In this document: positions 57,129 through 64,000 of the stretch, piece by piece | Numbering within the stretch: position 1 is the stretch's first letter | How the letters are laid out: every line of letters starts with the position of its first letter | DNA from: Octopus vulgaris | Taxonomy: Eukaryota | Direction: 5' to 3' | NCBI GenBank assembly: GCA_951406725.2 | Contig: OX597836.1 | Location: 24,552,001-24,616,000 of the forward strand | Length of the DNA: 64,000 nt | Program-made: the position numbers and the translations under genes | The notes under the pieces: generated by a model | What the model was told of the DNA's origin: nothing | Databases searched by the model: none | Seen by the model: the letters and a program-made list of their open reading frames with translations, nothing else

Positions 57129-57910
57129 CACACACACACATCATGATTTTTGTTGTTTAACCCTGAGTCAGCAGAGTTATTAGCATAGGCATTCAAGCCG
57201 CGACTGTTCTCCCTTTTTGTATATGAAGGACTATATTTACAATACCCTTCCTTTTTTTTTTTTTACTACAATAAATGTGTGAATTGAAAGAGATTTAGCT
57301 GTTCTTTATAACAAGTCAATCCACCGCATGGAGATTCGCTCGTTGGCTTGAACAAGCCCTTGGTTTCATCACGTTGTTGTGACTGCTTTAACTTTGATCA
57401 AAGACGCTCATGGTCAAAGACGCTCCAGCCGAAACCATTCCGCTTTTTTTCTTTCTCATGCATAGTATATCTAGGACTTCATTACCTAATTTATCCTTTC
57501 TGTTTTAAAGCGGTCGAAGAACGCATAAGTCGTCTCCTGGTGGTTTTATTACGTTGTTGAATCAGCCGTCAGGAGATAGAACAACAAAGAGAAAAAAAGG
57601 AAGACGAGAGTGATTGATGTTTCTGTAAGTAACGATGGCACTTCTTCCATACAGCGAAACACACAGATTGTACAACGACTGCCAACCTTTTCATATATTT
57701 GTACACGTGCAATCTGTACGCTCAATGCACATATGTAAAAACAAAAGCACTAACACTCTCATTATATTTTATACACATTATAAGCGCGTGTATATACGTT
57801 TATGTGCGTATGGGTGTATAGGTAGATACCCACATTCATACGCTCATATATGCGTGTATCTATATATGTATAAATGTATGTGAGTGTGTCTATGCGTATA
57901 CATATATATT

Positions 57911-58030
<120 letters not shown>

Positions 58031-58945
58031 AGCACTTAAACCCTCATATATACAAACATACATAAATAAATAGATGAATACATACACACTTAAATATTTA
58101 CATGTGTGTACACACACATGCCCACATACATACATACATACATACATACATACATACATACATACATACATACATACATACATACATACAAACATACATA
58201 CATACATACATACATACATACATACATACATACATACATACATACATACATACATACATACATACCAATGAAAACAGAAATTGGATGTTGGAAATACGAA
58301 ACGAAGGAATATGGCAGTGACTGAACAAAAACTCTAAAATAAATGAGAAAATGTTAAAATATCTGCCGGAATAAAATTTCTTAGGAATAAAAAGAAACTT
58401 AGAAAAATGCAATAGAAGTGGATAATGTAAATAAATGGAAGAAATCACTCAGTGACGTTGATGTGAGAGGGAATTTACTGAGCAGACGATAACGTTGTCG
58501 TATTGTTATAGGAGAAACCACTGAGCAGACGACAGATAATATATGTCGTTACGTGTAAGATAGATTGTTAAACATAAACATATGATGCAAAGGAGAAGGA
58601 GGAAAAGGAAGAAGAAATAAGCAAAGAAAAAAGAATAAAGAAGGAAATAAATAATGAAAGAAAGAAGGAAGAAAGAAAGAAAGAAGGAAGGAAAGGTTGG
58701 AAGGAAGGAAAATGCTGAAATCATAGAAATTTATGTTTTAGGCTAAAACGGTTTGCAGTCGTGCAGCTTTGGTGCGTTGCTATTTCAAGGATTATAGTTT
58801 TGTCTAGGCAGCCCCTCCAGTTTCTTTGGAGAGAGAAAGGGAGAGAGGTAGAGAATGGGAAAGAAAGAAGTGAGGAAGTGTAAAGCCAATGTTATTGGCT
58901 GAATATTTCAGGGAGTAGATTCATTAAAAATTTACTTAGATGCAC

Positions 58946-59000
<55 letters not shown>

Positions 59001-59946
59001 GAGAGAGAGAAAGAGAGAGAGAGTGAGTGAGAGAGAGAGAGAGAGAGAGTGTGTGTGTGTGTGTGTGTGAGACAGAGAGAGAAAGACAGACAGAGAAATG
59101 AGGGGGATAAAGAGAAAAGAAAGAGGCACAGAAAGAGAAGTATTGAAAGAGATAGAGAAATAGAAAAAGAGAAAGACAGGCTTAAATGGAAAGGAAGGAA
59201 ATAGATATTGAATAGATAGTAAAACGTATTTTAAAAGGGAATCTAGAAACGTCTAGAATCTGGCAACTTGTATTTTCTTCTCTCACCAATGCAGACGAAA
59301 ATTTTTGCCTGTTTGATGTTTTCAAAATCATTACTGAAAATGCTTTTTGCAGATGAACATATAATAAATTTGGAGTGAAAAGGAACCGCAGCTAAACTGT
59401 AAAAAGAAGGCTAAGAATTATCATTAAACAAGAAATGAAATTGTACACAATGCACATGTACTTATTCATTTTCTACATCTCATGACAAAACTAAAGTATT
59501 TTTCTCCTGCCTAAACTTACATCGGAAGCACTAATTTCATCGGAAACACCAATTTCAAATTTTAAAACTTCGTAGTTACTGATAGAAGTTCAAATATTAT
59601 TCTAATCTTGTGCAAGAAACAGATTCAATTTTGGCACCGAGCAAAACCAAACTATCTGCCTGTTAACTTGACACTTGACTACTCAGTTTTCTTAAACCTT
59701 CAGATCGTTTGCCATTGCTGTCCATGAGTTTGTTGTCCCATCTCCAGACTGTTCCTTCTCTGTTCTTATCTGTTCTGCTCGGTTTATACATGAAGATATG
59801 TTTCTCGATTTAATCTAAGCTCAGCAAAAAGTCAAGATACGAACTCCCATATCCTCTTCTGCTGAAATACTGGTAATTGTTAAACCTTTCAGCCAAAGCT
59901 TCTTCTCCACTACAACAAGAACGGATTAAACTTACAGAACAACAAA

Positions 59947-60163
59947 ATGAGTCTTCACTTGATGTTATATCTGGTAAACATGTTATTTGTTTTAGCAGCT
60001 TTTACAAGCGAACTTCACGAGCCCAAGCCGTGCCTTGTTAGTAAGTGGAGCCAATGGGAACGTTATGATGAAATCTTCTTTGTTCGGAGAAGGAAGATCC
60101 GAAGAAGACCAGATGTAGGTGGAAAAGAATGTCCTTTCTTCATCCAAGCCAAGACAGTTTCAG
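59947..60163 (+). CDS. Probable first coding exon of a secreted protein: signal peptide + spondin-type thrombospondin-1-like repeat
   Basis: caaaATG start, hydrophobic leader, then C-x-VSKWSQW...RRRKI...P..GGKECP; CAG|GTTAG donor; no downstream exon recognised in window. Confidence 0.7.
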
Positions 60164-60936
60164 GTTAGCAGAATTATTTCATTCTTACTCTGAGTTTCAT
60201 TTAAAAATTTTGCCTAACATTTCTTAATGCCATACATTTTGATATTCTTTTAATTTCGCTTTTTGTTGATGCCACTGTTTTCGTCGTCGTCATCGTGGCT
60301 ATTGTTGCTAATAATGGTTTCTTTCGATCAGAAGTAAACATAGGCAGCCATTTATTGAGAAAGGTATTGCTATGATGTTCATCTTTTTTAAGTAATTAGA
60401 TCCTTAAGGTCTCTTTAAAACTTTTTAGATTAATGTGCTTGATACTCAGTTAGATAGGAAACTACGATCAGGAAAGAAATGCTAGGGTTCTGCAGCTTTG
60501 GAAAGGTATGATTTGATGATGTGTTTAGATGTGGATTTTGATGAATGGCGTATCGTCGAGATGTCACAAAGAGAGGAGAGAAACAGGGGAGGGTGATTGA
60601 GCGGAGGAATCATACGGCCTGGTAGTTCAGAGGAGTAGTGGCTGTTGTAGTAGCGGTAAAGATAAAGAATAGTTAGTTCAAGAATCAACGATTGTAATGT
60701 GTTGTGAAAAAGAGTCGTTGCTAATCAGCCGCAGAGTCTTTTTTGGGGTATGATGTGACTGTGTGTGCGTGGCGTAGTAGCAACAATAACACCAAAGATA
60801 TGTGAGTAGTGATCCAAGACGGTCGCACTTGAGCTTCGTCTGGGTCAGGATCTAAACAAAGATGGGGATTTTCTGGCACTGGAGAGGAAACAAAAGTTTT
60901 CACTATGTTCTCTCTCTCTCTCACTCTCTTTCTACG

Positions 60937-61011
<75 letters not shown>

Positions 61012-61029
61012 GTATATACATACACACAA

Positions 61030-61100
<71 letters not shown>

Positions 61101-61243
61101 CATATATATGTATATATATACACATATATATATATGTATATATATATGTATATATATATATATACATATATATGTATGTATATATATATGTATATATATA
61201 TGTATATATGTATATATATATGTGTATATATATTTATATGTAT

Positions 61244-61651
61244 AGACGCAGGAGTGGCTGTGTGGTAAGTAGCTTGCTAACCAACCACATGATTCCGGGT
61301 TCAGTCCCACTACGTGGCATCTTGGGCAAGTGTCTTCTGCTATAGCCCCGGGCCGACCAATGCCTTGTGAGTGGATTTGGTAGACGGAAACAGAAAGAAG
61401 CCTGTCGTATATATGTATATATATATATATATGTGTGTGTGCGTGTATGTGTTTGTGTATGTGTTTGTCCCCCTAGCATTGCTTGACAACCGATGCTGGT
61501 GTGTTTACGTCCCCGTCACTTTGCGGTTCGGCAAAAAGGGACCGATAGAATAAGTACTGGGCTTACAAAGAATAAGTCCCAGGGTCGATTTGCTCGACTA
61601 AAGGCGGTGCTCCAGCATGGCCGCAGTCAAATGACTGAAACAAGTAAAAGA
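61244..61651 (+). mobile_element. Full-length microsatellite-containing tRNA SINE
   Basis: A/B boxes, internal (TA)/(TG) tract, same body as 22004 copy. Confidence 0.88.
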
Positions 61652-61873
61652 AATATATATGTATATATATGTGTGTATATATATTATATAAAAGGGCTTA
61701 GTAAAATAAATTACTTTGCCGCATACTGAACTCATTAGAAATAGCAGCTAAAAAACTTTTTTAAAGCTATTTCTAATACTTAAAGAAAATCTCTCTCATA
61801 TATAGTGCTTGCTTAATTCAACTCACAAAAGTTTGGGGGTAAGGACATCAATAAATCAAATGCTAAGGTTATT

Positions 61874-61925
61874 TGAGAACGTACGTTTCAAGATTAGTCA
61901 AAACAACACTTCTATCATCAGCTCA
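61874..61925 (-). ncRNA. Minimal type-I hammerhead ribozyme motif with palindromic stem III
   Basis: UGAG-CUGAUGA-UAGA..UCUU-GAAAC-GUAC-GUU-CUCA. Confidence 0.72.
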
Positions 61926-61994
61926 GAAACTCCTTGGTTTGGATTTGGAAACACTGAAAGTAAGAACATACCCTTTCGAAGATCCATATGTATA

Positions 61995-62112
<118 letters not shown>

Positions 62113-62115
62113 TAT

Positions 62116-62155
<40 letters not shown>

Positions 62156-62184
62156 TACACATATATATATATATACATATATAT

Positions 62185-62255
<71 letters not shown>

Positions 62256-62679
62256 TAAAAGAAATCACAACTTATATTCAGTACCAACTTTTGTAGTATT
62301 TAAGATTGACAGAGTACCTGGGATTTGTAGGGAACGAGTTCGATCGATTGACTCCTCAGTATAAGACTGGGGCTTATTTTACCGATTTCGTTGATTCTGA
62401 CCGAATAGGATCCCAGAGAAAAGAATTAAAGGTAAAGATTTGCTAGTTAGAATCAAGACTAGATTTTATAGTGAGGTGGGTTGGAGTTTAGTAATCGTCA
62501 TTGGTTTCTGTACAAGATGTTAATCTCGGCTTTTCAATCTGGGGGGATGAAAGGAAAGTCGGCAACGATCAGGTTTAAATTTAGGACGTAAATGGATTTA
62601 ACTAAACACCGGAAGGCACTTTGCCCATCGGAACTGTTGCTAAGGAAACGGAGCTAAAGTACTAAGAGTGAAGTCGTTT

Positions 62680-63820
62680 GACACAAATTGACCTTGCACT
62701 CTGTCGCGCATGCACACTAAGTTATAATGATCCCGCTCGCTTCCATTGTTTATAGCAGTGCTTGAAAATAAAGTGTGTCGAGTGTGGTCACCTCAAAGAG
62801 AAGATCGAGTTTCAGCTGTACGAGATCCCCTAAATGGTGCCGAGGAAAACGAAAGCCTTTTGAAAACGGTCGTAACATGTGACAAATCATGGGTTTATAG
62901 CTATAACTACGAAACTAAGGCTCGGTCTTCGCAGTGGAAGACCCCAACAAGATTTTAAGAGTTGAGGAAATCAAAGAGAATGTGACAGGACAGCTGCTCG
63001 CTCTCCCTCGAAAAGGGTTCCAGGCAGTGGCGGCTCATATATAGGCACTGCGGAACTACAGCAGCCCTTATTTTCCACTGATATTATCGATAACATTCAA
63101 TATAATGAGCCCTTTTTAAAAAAATTCCTTCTTTATACTTGTACATTATACAATCCTTAAGCTTAATCTCAGTAACCATCCCCTAGTTTATGAAAAAATA
63201 CAAAAATCCTTGTATAGAACTGTGCTTCACAGTTTCAACGACGCGGTGTTTGGCTGTTGTGCGCATGCTCATATGTCCGAGATAGGAAGCTTCACGCTAG
63301 GAAGAGATAGCACTGTCGTTCACGCAGTACCAGTGAACGTGTTTATATTCTTGAATGTGATAAAGTGTAGAATTAGATTATTGTCCTGCTTCCAGCTTCA
63401 GTGTTACTGCCGAGATTTGAAAAATAGGGCAGATTCTCCCCCCCTTATTTTGTGATTTGGGGGTGGGGGTGAAAACCAAGAGGGAATTCGCGGCGGTGTT
63501 CAGTGAAGAAATGAAACACACTACCCGGCAGTAGCTAAAACGCGAACCGATCAAGTTTATGTATAAATATTCTTTTCATATGTTTCTTTCCTTTTACACA
63601 ATATTAAAACAACGGCTAAAAATTTTCTGAAGCAGTACCCCAACTAATTTTATCTACGAGCCGTCACTGGTTCCAGGAATGCTTCCATGAATGGAAACGT
63701 CGCTGGATAAAGTGTGTGGCTTCAGAAGGAGACTACTTCGAAGGAGATTAAATGCCCAGTTGATATGCGTTGTAGTTTGGTTTTTACAACACCAGTCCCC
63801 AATTTTTTTTTTATCAGACC
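62680..63820 (+). mobile_element. Internally deleted mariner remnant interrupted by a hAT element
   Basis: VVTCDKSWVYSYNYETKARSSQW and, after removing the insert, LPRKGFQECFHEWKRRWIKCVASEGDYFEGD*. Confidence 0.8.
63025..63669. mobile_element. Non-autonomous hAT-type element
   Basis: TIR CAGTGGCGGCTCATATATA / TATCTACGAGCCGTCACTG; 8-bp TSD GTTCCAGG. Confidence 0.88.
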
Positions 63821-64000
63821 TTTTAGTTTATGTTGTCATTTAACTTCATGCCAGTCTTGCTACATCAGACCGAAGATAAAACAAGTTCCAGCTAAAGCCA
63901 TTCCATGTTTTTGCAGGAATTAGAACAACATTATGCATTATCTTTCTCTTAATTGAAATAAATCAATGAAAGTGAAAGTGCTGCTACGTGGTCGCGCGAA

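Overview
AT-rich, intron-rich eukaryotic DNA, most likely an octopus (inferred from the SINE families and dense (TA)n/(TG)n/(GATA)n/(TAA)n microsatellites). Host genes: (1) the last five exons of sorbitol dehydrogenase (SORD, + strand, 1-5741); (2) a near-complete 14-coding-exon WDR41 on the - strand (10596-29569), convergent with SORD; (3) a probable first coding exon of a secreted protein with a reduced thrombospondin type-1 repeat (59947-60163). The rest is mobile DNA: a 5'-truncated RTE LINE and its 3'UTR-only copies, CR1, Dong/R4, L1/Tx1-like and Penelope-like fragments, three tRNA-SINE families, Tc1 and mariner fossils, a hAT non-autonomous element, piggyBac-type MITEs and a Helitron. 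The most notable unannotated signal is a set of minimal type-I hammerhead ribozyme motifs with palindromic stem III next to (TA)n tracts. These include an apparent G3-C8 covariant core (GUGAACA) present in both arms of a ~264-bp palindrome inside a WDR41 intron. All calls were made by eye, without searches or folding software; most ORFs in the supplied track are microsatellite or repeat artefacts.
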